This document shows, one piece after another, positions 52,281 to 61,023 of a DNA stretch of 64,000 nucleotides. Position numbers and translations under genes: made by a program. Below the pieces are notes generated by a model. It was given only the letters and a program-made list of their open reading frames with translations. It was not told where the DNA came from and made no database searches. Every line of letters begins with the position of its first letter. Within the stretch, counting starts at the first letter, position 1. The stretch lies in assembly GCA_029881035.1 (NCBI GenBank), contig JAOUNI010000001.1, forward strand, positions 28,924 to 92,923, read 5' to 3'. The DNA is from Gammaproteobacteria bacterium. GTDB taxonomy: Bacteria; Pseudomonadota; Gammaproteobacteria; SZUA-229.

Positions 52281-52565
52281 TTAATCGGTAGTCGTATTAG
52301 ATGTATTGATGATTGCCAGTACGGCGGCTGCAGCTTCTTCATCTTGTTCAGACCAGATGAATACTTCTACGGCTGAGGTGGTACCTTTGCGCTGATAATA
52401 TTTGAAATGATTGTCGTCGAGATTGCCGTATAACATGCATGGTTCCCGGCGGTGCAGCATTCGCAGGTACTGGCCGGGTTTGAGCTTTTCGGCAGCTTCA
52501 AGGGTCAATACCAATGGTTCCGGCGGTTCAAGTTCACTGACATCGAGCACGACCTCATTGGACAT
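52281..52565 (-). CDS. DUF2249 (TusA/SirA-like fold) protein
   Basis: LDVSELEPPEPL..L..L.PG..L...HRREP..LY..L. Confidence 0.85.
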   Translation of the reverse strand: MSNEVVLDVSELEPPEPLVLTLEAAEKLKPGQYLRMLHRREPCMLYGNLDDNHFKYYQRKGTTSAVEVFIWSEQDEEAAAAVLAIINTSNTTTD

Positions 52566-53005
52566 TATTGATTTTCCCAGTTCAGAAATGTTTTCTGTAA
52601 ATGAACATCTTCCTCGGATAGGTGCATGTCCATCATGTTATACAGAATCTGCTCTTCTTTCATATTGTGTTGTTGCATCAGCACTAACAGAGTATCGGCA
52701 ACGCCGAGGTAGTCATCGCTATGCTGACGTTCCAGAGCATCACGCATCTCAATAAATAGCACACGCATCTGGTCATGTTCCATGCGCATCATTTCTGTAG
52801 GCCCCATTTTCATGCCGGTAGTTTCTTCAAAAGCAGGGAATAATTCTGTTTCTTCGATACCAAGATGACGATCCATGGCGTGGATAAATTCATTGAAGGC
52901 CTGTGAGGCCGTGGTCCAGTCTTCGGCCGATACCGCAGCTTCAGCTTTGGCAAAAAGATAATCGCAATCTTTGTGATCCTGTGACATAAATTGTTTAATA
53001 TTCAT
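52565..53005 (-). CDS. Hemerythrin-like (HHE) di-iron protein
   Basis: DH, HLGIEE.ELFP, EH, HNMKEEQILY ligand pattern. Confidence 0.92.
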   Translation of the reverse strand: MNIKQFMSQDHKDCDYLFAKAEAAVSAEDWTTASQAFNEFIHAMDRHLGIEETELFPAFEETTGMKMGPTEMMRMEHDQMRVLFIEMRDALERQHSDDYLGVADTLLVLMQQHNMKEEQILYNMMDMHLSEEDVHLQKTFLNWENQ

Positions 53006-53034
53006 TTCAGTATGCTCTGTGGTTAAACAGTGAG

Positions 53035-53076
53035 ATCATAACGTTATGTGGCTGTGCATCTAATGATCTACGTCAG
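53035..53076 (-). promoter_or_regulatory. FNR/Dnr-family class II promoter of the hemerythrin operon
   Basis: Minus strand CTGAC-GTAG-ATCAT (53076-53063) and TATGAT -10 (53040-53035), giving a box centre at -41.5. Confidence 0.65.
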
Positions 53077-53203
53077 AAGAATAGAGTAGAGGTTGCGGCT
53101 AGATTTTCTGATCAGAGTTAGAGTGTAAGCTGGTTACTCTTTTAGTCGCAATAGAATGGCTTATAATGCCCCGGATACTCTTCAATAAAGGCTATGTAAT
53201 AAC

Positions 53204-54049
53204 ATGAAACTCATCTCTAATTTCCTACTATTTTTCCTTGTTACAGGTACGGGTATTTCGTCCGTTTATGCGGGTGATTCGGTTAGTCTTGATGTGCCGC
53301 CGGCTTCACTGGAAAAATGGTATAAACCGGCCAACAAGCGCCAGGTGTGGTTACATACCATGTTTGCACTACGCCGTGAAATGCAGGCTATTAGTGAATA
53401 TGCGGAACAGAAAGATAAGCCCGGTATGGAAAAATGGATAAGCCGCCTGGAAAAACATTACAGTAAAATCGCCGATATGGTGCCTGAGTGGAAAAAAGAA
53501 ATTAAACCCCGGTTGTTATCTGAATTAAAAATGTTTGCAGAAAAAGGTGATATGTATCGCGTGGCTAAAACACTAAAAATGATTCAGCGTACCTGTGATG
53601 ATTGCCATAGCAGTTACCAGCCGCTGGTGGTGGCCATGTATCGATCACCGCACTATGAAGATATCAAGGTCAAAGATATCAATGGCGCACTTGAGTCTTT
53701 TTCAGACAATATGGAGAATCTGTCTGACTCAGTTAATCGAATCCTGATCGCGCTCGACGATAATCATAAAACTACTGCCCTGCAGGCTAGTCAGAATCTT
53801 GTCAGCCAGTTACAGAATCTTGGTGAAAGTTGTAATCGTTGTCATAAAGATGATGAGTATCCGCGCGAACGCATCCTGGGCGAGGTAACTCAACAACGTT
53901 TTGCAAAACTTAAATCAGACATCAGTGCGGGCCGCGTGAAAGACAGTCAGGATCTGATGGGTGAAATTGCGGTGACTGTGTGCGCACGTTGCCACAATAC
54001 GCATCGTATTGTTAATGATCTACGTGACGCACTGTTGCTAGAAGAATAA
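53204..54049 (+). CDS. Periplasmic triheme c-type cytochrome (helical, cytochrome c'-like repeats)
   Basis: Signal peptide ending VYA; three CxxCH motifs (CDDCH, CNRCH, CARCH). Confidence 0.85.
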   Translation: MKLISNFLLFFLVTGTGISSVYAGDSVSLDVPPASLEKWYKPANKRQVWLHTMFALRREMQAISEYAEQKDKPGMEKWISRLEKHYSKIADMVPEWKKEIKPRLLSELKMFAEKGDMYRVAKTLKMIQRTCDDCHSSYQPLVVAMYRSPHYEDIKVKDINGALESFSDNMENLSDSVNRILIALDDNHKTTALQASQNLVSQLQNLGESCNRCHKDDEYPRERILGEVTQQRFAKLKSDISAGRVKDSQDLMGEIAVTVCARCHNTHRIVNDLRDALLLEE

Positions 54050-54078
54050 TAATTGGCCGATTGGTTAAAGCATAGTAA

Positions 54079-55056
54079 TTACTGAGCAAAAAAATTCATT
54101 TCCCACTGCCATGCTGTTTCGATAATGGTTTCCAGCTGGTCGAACTTGGGTGACCAGTTAAGTTCATCTCGGGCGAGTGTTGAGTCGGCGACTAAAACAG
54201 CAGGGTCACCAGCACGTCGATCAGTGATCACTACATTGAAATCTTTACCTGAAACTTTTTTGGAAGTATCGATAACCTGCTGTACAGAAAAGCCTTTGCC
54301 ATTGCCGAGATTGTAGCGAGCACTGCTTCCGGTTTTTTGCATTTTGGCTAGTGCCAGTGAGTGTGCTTCACATAGATCATTGATATGTACATAATCACGC
54401 ACACATGTTCCATCTTCGGTGGGGTAATCCTGGCCGAATATTTTGATGTCTGCACGCCGCCCGGAAGCGGCCTGTAAAATCAGCGGCACCAGATGAGATT
54501 CAGGATTATGGCGTTCGCCCAGCTCACCATCAGGATCAGCACCAGCAGCATTGAAATAACGTAAACAGGTTGATTTTAATCCGTAAGCCGTATCGTAATC
54601 TTCCAGCATATGTTCGACCATTAATTTGGTGCGGCCATATGGGTTGATCGGATTCTGTGGATGCGCTTCATTAATGGGTGTGTATTGTGGTTCGCCAAAG
54701 ATGGCGGCGGTGGAGGAAAAAATAAAATGCTTGATATCATATTTCACCATGGCATCAAGTAATACCTGAGTGTTGCATACGTTGTTGTGATAATACTTGC
54801 CAGGATTAATTACCGATTCACCAACTTCAATAAAAGCGGCAAAATGCATTACGGCATCAAATTTATGCTGATTAAATAATTGATTGAGTACATTGTTATC
54901 GCCGAGATCACCGATGACAAGCTCACCGTATTTGACAGCATCTTTATAACCGCAACTTAAGTTGTCTAGAGTAATAACTTCGTTATTGGACAGGGCGAGT
55001 TGTTTAACCATGTGTGAGCCGATATAACCGGCACCACCAACGACAAGAATTTTCAT
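54079..55056 (-). CDS. galE: UDP-glucose 4-epimerase
   Basis: GGAGYIGSH, YGRTK, LRYFN, DGTCVRDYVH. Confidence 0.97.
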   Translation of the reverse strand: MKILVVGGAGYIGSHMVKQLALSNNEVITLDNLSCGYKDAVKYGELVIGDLGDNNVLNQLFNQHKFDAVMHFAAFIEVGESVINPGKYYHNNVCNTQVLLDAMVKYDIKHFIFSSTAAIFGEPQYTPINEAHPQNPINPYGRTKLMVEHMLEDYDTAYGLKSTCLRYFNAAGADPDGELGERHNPESHLVPLILQAASGRRADIKIFGQDYPTEDGTCVRDYVHINDLCEAHSLALAKMQKTGSSARYNLGNGKGFSVQQVIDTSKKVSGKDFNVVITDRRAGDPAVLVADSTLARDELNWSPKFDQLETIIETAWQWEMNFFAQ

Positions 55057-55072
55057 ATTTCGATTTTTACCA

Positions 55073-55954
55073 CTAAAGAATTTCGACCAGTGTATCACCG
55101 CCGATTATTAATCTGGACAGTTTAATCTGCATGCCCTCGGCGGCGCAAATGCTTTTGGCTGGATTTCGTTTGTGTTTAAAGTGAGCGTCATTTTCTATCT
55201 GGATTTCATCAAGCTCCCCATCAGTACGGTCGGGGTCGTGATGAAACATCACCAGTGTTCCGACTTCAGCATCAATGGCCAGCTGTCGGACCTGAGAAAT
55301 TAATGAGTGCCCCCAGCCATGTTTGTGTGGCATATCATCTTCGGTATATTGTGCATCGTGAATTAATACATCAACACCGTGTAGAAAAGTAACCCAGTCA
55401 TCATAGGTAGTGTGAACTTTATAAGGAGGATCAAGTTCGTTGTCAGTGACATACGCACAGCTCATACCATCTTCTTCAAACCGGTAAGCGGTGCCTCCAC
55501 CCGGGTGATTGAGTGGTTTTTTTGTGATGTGAATATTCCTGTCTTTTAGAATGGACTCAACATTATCGAATATGCAGCTATTTTGAGAAGGCAGTTCTTC
55601 AAGTCTTACGGGAAAGTTAATGCCATCCATTTGTTCGAATAAAGTACCCGGTAATCTATCTCTGGAGTCAGTGCTGGTGAAAACATCAATTTGACGATCT
55701 GCCTGAAAAATAGGCTCGAAAAAAGGATAGCCCTGAATATGATCCCAGTGAACGTGAGAAAGAACGATATTGATGGGTGTTGTTTTGTTTAAAAGATGAC
55801 GCCCCAGTTTCTTCATGCCCGTGCCTGCATCAAGAACTACATCCTGCCCGTTATCCATTGCTAAATGTATGCAGGAGGTGTTGCCGCCATATTTGATTGT
55901 TGTTGGCCCGGGCGTTGGCGCCGAGCCGCGAACACCATAAAAGGTGATTATCAT
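55073..55954 (-). CDS. MBL-fold metallo-hydrolase (phosphodiesterase-like)
   Basis: GVRGS, YGGNTSC, SHVHWDHIQG, HDAQY, WGHS, FHHDP. Confidence 0.9.
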   Translation of the reverse strand: MIITFYGVRGSAPTPGPTTIKYGGNTSCIHLAMDNGQDVVLDAGTGMKKLGRHLLNKTTPINIVLSHVHWDHIQGYPFFEPIFQADRQIDVFTSTDSRDRLPGTLFEQMDGINFPVRLEELPSQNSCIFDNVESILKDRNIHITKKPLNHPGGGTAYRFEEDGMSCAYVTDNELDPPYKVHTTYDDWVTFLHGVDVLIHDAQYTEDDMPHKHGWGHSLISQVRQLAIDAEVGTLVMFHHDPDRTDGELDEIQIENDAHFKHKRNPAKSICAAEGMQIKLSRLIIGGDTLVEIL

Positions 55955-56126
55955 TGTATGCTTATGAAGTTCCTATTTCAGATGAAGCCCAATTTAACTA
56001 GAACAGGCGGTGCTGTAAAGGCTAGATTTACAGAAGGGTAATTGCTAATCTAGTGAAAGCAAACGTGTTTCATATAGTGGGTACATGCTCATTAAACACA
56101 CGTATGTAACCAGGAGGGTGTTAAAT

Positions 56127-56465
56127 ATGATTCCGAAGTCAATCTATCAGTTATTACCTTATATCTATATTAGTTTAGGCATGCTCTGCTTGCTGATTGT
56201 GGAGTCGCGCCTGATCCTGTTTTCATCAGTTTTATTGATTGCTGCGGGTGGTCTGGTGTTATTGATGAGACACAATAATGCTGACGATTCAGTCGAGTCT
56301 GTAAATAGCGTTGATGATGATTCAGAGATCATATTGGATGAAAGTAGCCACCCTTTTGATCATGAGAGGCGCGTTGATGACGACAGAGGGTTCCCATTGC
56401 TGGATAATCGAGATGCGATGATAGCGTTTGATCGCAGAAAGAAGCAATCAGATAACAAAGATTGA
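56127..56465 (+). CDS. Small two-TM protein with ERR/FPL.D/DRR cytoplasmic tail
   Basis: GGAGG RBS; MIPKSIYQLLPYIY followed by two hydrophobic segments, an acidic linker and HERR..FPLLD..FDRRK. Confidence 0.7.
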   Translation: MIPKSIYQLLPYIYISLGMLCLLIVESRLILFSSVLLIAAGGLVLLMRHNNADDSVESVNSVDDDSEIILDESSHPFDHERRVDDDRGFPLLDNRDAMIAFDRRKKQSDNKD

Positions 56466-56489
56466 TTCAGTAACATTGTAGATAGCGAT

Positions 56490-57320
56490 CTACAGCTGCC
56501 TTTGATTAAATTTTGATGGTAGATAGGCTGACCAGTCTCTGCTGTTATCACCAAAAACCAAAAAGAAAGGGTTGAGCAAGCTGTCTTTGGTATTGTAATC
56601 GAGTTCAGACATATCCAGTTTGGTCATATAGCCACCGGCCTGTTCAACAATACAGTGAGCTGCGGCGGTATCCCATTCAGAAGTAAAGCCTATTCTTGGA
56701 TACAGGTCTGCCTGTCCTTCTGCTATCAGGCAGAACTTGAGTGAGCTACCCATGTTGAGTAATTCAGCATTACCAAGATTCTTCATATAAGTCTGTAATT
56801 GCTCCGAGCTGTGGGAACGGCTGCTGACAACGATTAGTTTATCGCCAGCCTGTTTGCGTACCTGTATGGCTTTGGGCTCTTTGCCATGCTCAATTTTAAA
56901 AGAGCCACCATCCTTCCAGCCATAATAATCAATGTTTAAAACGGGTACATGGATAATACCAATAATGCTTTTATGGTTATTGATGAGTGCAATATTAACT
57001 GTGAACTCGCCATTACGTTTGATAAATTCTTTAGTGCCATCGAGGGGGTCAACCAGCCAATATGTTTGCCATTGTTGTCGTGCTTCAAAAGATGGTTTGA
57101 TAGATTCTTCTGACAGGACAGGGATATCAGGTGTTAAAGCGGCTAAGGCTTTGATAATGGTTCGGTGTGCGGCGATATCCGCATCGGTTAGTGGTGATTT
57201 ATCATCTTTTTCCTCGATAGCGTAGTCGCTGTTGTAAATTTCCAGTATTCTTGCACCGGCTTGCCGCGCAATTTCTATACATTGGTTACATAAGTATTCG
57301 AGATTGAGCGATTCTGACAT
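56490..57320 (-). CDS. cysQ: 3'(2'),5'-bisphosphate nucleotidase
   Basis: SPLTDAD, LSEES, WLVDPLDGTKEF, GSSLKFC, EWDTAA. Confidence 0.97.
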   Translation of the reverse strand: MSESLNLEYLCNQCIEIARQAGARILEIYNSDYAIEEKDDKSPLTDADIAAHRTIIKALAALTPDIPVLSEESIKPSFEARQQWQTYWLVDPLDGTKEFIKRNGEFTVNIALINNHKSIIGIIHVPVLNIDYYGWKDGGSFKIEHGKEPKAIQVRKQAGDKLIVVSSRSHSSEQLQTYMKNLGNAELLNMGSSLKFCLIAEGQADLYPRIGFTSEWDTAAAHCIVEQAGGYMTKLDMSELDYNTKDSLLNPFFLVFGDNSRDWSAYLPSKFNQRQL

Positions 57321-57397
57321 GAGCGTGTTTTACTTGATAAACCTGGAAATTGCCATACTACTGTATTGTTGATTTTCTGTCTGTAATTGAGGTTTTT

Positions 57398-58060
57398 ATG
57401 AATAACTATCTGGTTTGGCAAGAGATCAAAACGGTCTTTCTGGATCTTGACGGTACTTTGCTGGATTTACATTTTGATAATCACTTTTGGCTTGAGTATG
57501 TGCCGGTCTGTTTTGCTGATAAACATGAACTAACACATGAGCAGGCGAATGATGCATTAATGAGTCGTTATAAAGACGCAAAGGGCAAACTGGACTGGTA
57601 CTGTGTTGATTTCTGGACACGAGAGTTAGGGCTGGATATTGAGCAGATGAAACATGAAGTTGCGCATAAAATTGCAGTGCGCCCGGAAGTTCGCGAATTT
57701 CTGCAGGCGATAAAAAATTCAGGTAAGCGAATCGTGCTAGTGACAAATGCGCATCCGGCCAGTCTGTCGCTGAAAATGAAAAAGACGGGATTAGATATGT
57801 ATTTTGATCGAATGATCAATGCACATGACCTTGGTCTGGCTAAAGAACATGATGGTTTCTGGAATTCGCTACATGAGATGGAGCCGTTCGAATCAGCGCA
57901 TACATTGCTGATTGATGACAACCTGGAAGTGCTGGAAAGTGCTGAGCATTATGGTATTAAATATTTACTGGCGATACTGCAGCCGGATAGTCAGGCTGAT
58001 GAAGTGGAAACTAAACACTTTCATGCAGTACATCGCTTTTCAGAGGTAATGCCACGCTAG
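57398..58060 (+). CDS. yrfG: GMP/IMP nucleotidase (HAD superfamily)
   Basis: LDLDGTLLDLHFDNHFW, WYCVDFW, VTNAH, IDDN. Confidence 0.93.
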   Translation: MNNYLVWQEIKTVFLDLDGTLLDLHFDNHFWLEYVPVCFADKHELTHEQANDALMSRYKDAKGKLDWYCVDFWTRELGLDIEQMKHEVAHKIAVRPEVREFLQAIKNSGKRIVLVTNAHPASLSLKMKKTGLDMYFDRMINAHDLGLAKEHDGFWNSLHEMEPFESAHTLLIDDNLEVLESAEHYGIKYLLAILQPDSQADEVETKHFHAVHRFSEVMPR

Positions 58061-58069
58061 CTTAACGAG

Positions 58070-58480
58070 TTAGATTTTAAATTGATCATCCCATTTTTTA
58101 TAGCGTTTTTTACAGTAAGCCAGTAAGTCTTCATAATTTGTGAAATATAAATCAAAACCATCTTCTGATGGGGCATCATATTCACAATAATCATTAGTGT
58201 GTTCGCGACAGATTTCCGGGCGCACACTATAGATCCCACAATCACCATTAATTTGCAGGTGTTGGCATTTACCACTGACTAATAAGGTCCAGCCATCATC
58301 ATCTTTATAGATACTAATGTTGTCGTGTGAAACCTGCCACAGTAGTTGTTGAAAATCTTCTTTTGATTTGGGTGCGTCAATATGTTGAGTGACATAGGTG
58401 CAGCATATTGAACCAGTACAAAAACTACATTTGTTTTCTGTGGTAACTTTTATTTTGTTCGAGTTATTTTTTTTGTTCAT
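58070..58480 (-). CDS. YkgJ-family cysteine-cluster (CxxCxxCC) protein
   Basis: CSFCTGSICC, CQHL, CGIY..RPEICR. Confidence 0.88.
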   Translation of the reverse strand: MNKKNNSNKIKVTTENKCSFCTGSICCTYVTQHIDAPKSKEDFQQLLWQVSHDNISIYKDDDGWTLLVSGKCQHLQINGDCGIYSVRPEICREHTNDYCEYDAPSEDGFDLYFTNYEDLLAYCKKRYKKWDDQFKI

Positions 58481-58511
58481 GGTAGATCTTATCTATTCAA
58501 ATGAGGTGCTT

Positions 58512-59282
58512 TTACATAAAGCCCAGTTGTTTCAGGTTACCATTATTTTTTATTATAAAACTACCGCTCCCCTGAGGCTTAGCAAATAAGCTCAGACTAT
58601 TTTTTAAATTACTAGTGGCCTTGTTATTTGGGGTCAAAGTTAAATCAAGACTATAGTTGCCGGTTGTTTTTAGAGCGGCTGAGCCAACTATAGCTAATTG
58701 GCCATTTTGATTGGAAATTTGAGCATTGATCGGGTTGTCTTCGGATTCAGACAGAGTAATGGTTATGTCGCCTAATTGTGCAGTTTCAGCAATAGTAATG
58801 CTGGCTTTATCCCAATTTATAATGCCACTGACAGAAGGGATACTGCCCTGTTGCCAGTCCAGTGTTGCCAGATTAATAGAGACATCACCAGCAACTTCAC
58901 CCATCGGTAGTGTTACCATTTGACTGAGAGCCTGTGCACTCATGGTAGTGGTAATATTTTTGCTCTGCACAATTTTATTCAGGCCTATGCTTATCTGGCC
59001 ACTGAGAGGATTTTTGTTGTACATGGTATCAAGTTCAACGCAGGCTTCTGCTATCAGTAAGTGAGCAATGCAGATAGACCATGATACATTTTTGAAAACG
59101 TATCTGGATTGTACGGTGACCTGCTGTGCAGAACCCTGCCAGAGCGTGCCGCTCACATTTTGAATGTTAATTTGTGGAATTTGGTTTTTAAATTTATTGA
59201 TCACCAGTGCGGCGGGTATATTGATAACTAAAAATAGAGTTAGCGCTAATATACCTATGATCAGATAGTATTTACTTTTCAT
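58512..59282 (-). CDS. gspN: Type II secretion protein N
   Basis: N-terminal TM, IPA, VSGTLWQGSA; last gene of the gsp run. Confidence 0.9.
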   Translation of the reverse strand: MKSKYYLIIGILALTLFLVINIPAALVINKFKNQIPQINIQNVSGTLWQGSAQQVTVQSRYVFKNVSWSICIAHLLIAEACVELDTMYNKNPLSGQISIGLNKIVQSKNITTTMSAQALSQMVTLPMGEVAGDVSINLATLDWQQGSIPSVSGIINWDKASITIAETAQLGDITITLSESEDNPINAQISNQNGQLAIVGSAALKTTGNYSLDLTLTPNNKATSNLKNSLSLFAKPQGSGSFIIKNNGNLKQLGFM

Positions 59283-59782
59283 TATATTTTTTCAAAAGAA
59301 AGGCGTGCGCTAATGGAGCCGGGCTGATCATTACGCTCAATATTGGCGGTAGTGACAGTCACTCCGTGTTGTTGTTCAAGAGTATTGAGCCATACTAGCA
59401 GCTGATCAAAAGAAGCTGAGTCAATTTTGACCTGTGCACCACTTTTTCCAGAGGACTCAATTTTATTGATATGTTGTTTCAAACCGGAGCTAGTCGCGCT
59501 GGTTTCAAGGATTAGTGTAATCGGCTGGTTGCTGGAAGTTTTTCTGATGCCAGAGCTTTTAAGTGACTTTGCTTCATTGGCGGCCGACTGCATCCAGGTG
59601 TAAATTTCCTGCTGGGATTTAAATTGCTGTTGTTGTAGGTCACGGCCTTGATGCACAGGTTCCCAGACAAGTAGATAAAGCAGAGTGATAAATACTAATA
59701 CTAAAGCGGTGATGAGCATGTTTCTATCACGACTGGGCAGATGGCTATACCAGATATTTAAAATGTCGAGTTGCTGTTTCAT
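59282..59782 (-). CDS. gspM: Type II secretion protein M
   Basis: L..RDR, TM ending VWEP, FDQLLVWL..L. Confidence 0.9.
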   Translation of the reverse strand: MKQQLDILNIWYSHLPSRDRNMLITALVLVFITLLYLLVWEPVHQGRDLQQQQFKSQQEIYTWMQSAANEAKSLKSSGIRKTSSNQPITLILETSATSSGLKQHINKIESSGKSGAQVKIDSASFDQLLVWLNTLEQQHGVTVTTANIERNDQPGSISARLSFEKI

Positions 59783-61023
59783 GATGGGTTGGTATGTTTA
59801 ATGCGAATATTGCCTTTAACACGATCTTTTTCTGAAGAGGATGAAACTATTTCAGCGCTCAGGGAGCTATTATTTAGTTTTTTATTCAGTTGTTCGATGT
59901 TCTGCAGGTTGGCACCAGTGACTTCAATGTCAATGGTGTTGTTACGATAATTGATTGCCTGAATGACTACGGATTTTTCACTGGATAATGCTGGGCTCGA
60001 ATCTGCAAGCAAAGTCATCATGCTGGTATTTGATCCGGCCTGACTCAGACCTTTTAGCTCGTCGAGTTTTTGTTCCATTTGAACTCGGGCGTTAACCACC
60101 CGGGTGCTTTCAGGAAAAGATTTTTTGTAGATATTGTCAATTTCAACTTGCAGTTTTTTGTTACTCGTCTCAAATCTTTGGTATTGCACGCTGGTAATAC
60201 CGATATTTAAACAGAACCATATTGCGGCCATTGAGGCTGCTAGTCGCCAACGCTGCCAGTTAACGTTGACTTTCTGTTTTGGTTTGTAGGTATGTTGTAA
60301 AAGATTAAGGGCTAGTGCGCGTTTGTACTGGCCACAAAAAATAACTAGAGGATGAGTGTTGTAGCTGACTTTGATTAGTTCAATTTGCTCAGGAATAATT
60401 GCGCTGATATCTTCGGTTGTTGAATTATCACCGTCCAGGGTGAAAAGAATAATTTTTTCGGGCTGTTTACGGTCAGCACGTTGTAGTTCAGTTTTAATCA
60501 ATAATGGTAGGGTTTCACGATCAAATTCAGCGGCATTAAAGTTATCAAATTGTAGTTTGGCGCGATCATCCTGTAATAACACAGCCCATTGTGATGAGTT
60601 TGCGGTCAGGCATAGCATATCTGGAATCAGGGCGACAGGTTTTATACCTGATGATTCTATAGTATTGAGAATGCGTTTTAATATATCGTGTTTAATGGCA
60701 GCAACTGGTGTCTGTCCGTCGCTGGATGTTTTGCCAGCGACAAAGTGTAGTTCATCTACATCGTCGGCAATTTTTTCTTCGAGAGCAAAAGGGATGGCAC
60801 GTAATAATTTTTGCGGATTCTTGATAGGTAGTTTGACCGAATCTAGATAAATAGCGGTACTGTCGAGTAGCACTATAGTTTTATGTTTATCAGCAATCGC
60901 AGCAGCATCACCGAGCGAGCCATGAGCCAGCATAGTGGTAAGTTCACCCGCGTTATTAACTAATGACCATGAGGCGCTATCAGCACATTCAGGATTGAAG
61001 TGTATGAGCAGTGTGTCAGCCAC
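59779..61023 (-). CDS. gspL: Type II secretion protein L
   Basis: AIPFALEEKIADDVDELHF, PDMLCL, NLLQ, TM segment. Confidence 0.92.
   Translation of the reverse strand: MADTLLIHFNPECADSASWSLVNNAGELTTMLAHGSLGDAAAIADKHKTIVLLDSTAIYLDSVKLPIKNPQKLLRAIPFALEEKIADDVDELHFVAGKTSSDGQTPVAAIKHDILKRILNTIESSGIKPVALIPDMLCLTANSSQWAVLLQDDRAKLQFDNFNAAEFDRETLPLLIKTELQRADRKQPEKIILFTLDGDNSTTEDISAIIPEQIELIKVSYNTHPLVIFCGQYKRALALNLLQHTYKPKQKVNVNWQRWRLAASMAAIWFCLNIGITSVQYQRFETSNKKLQVEIDNIYKKSFPESTRVVNARVQMEQKLDELKGLSQAGSNTSMMTLLADSSPALSSEKSVVIQAINYRNNTIDIEVTGANLQNIEQLNKKLNNSSLSAEIVSSSSEKDRVKGNIRIKHTNPS

Noticed and set aside
46725-54049. Genomic island integrated at tRNA-Phe
   Set aside because: No integrase or transposase, and I found no duplicate of the tRNA 3' end by eye; the first downstream gene (ygiM) is a core gene.
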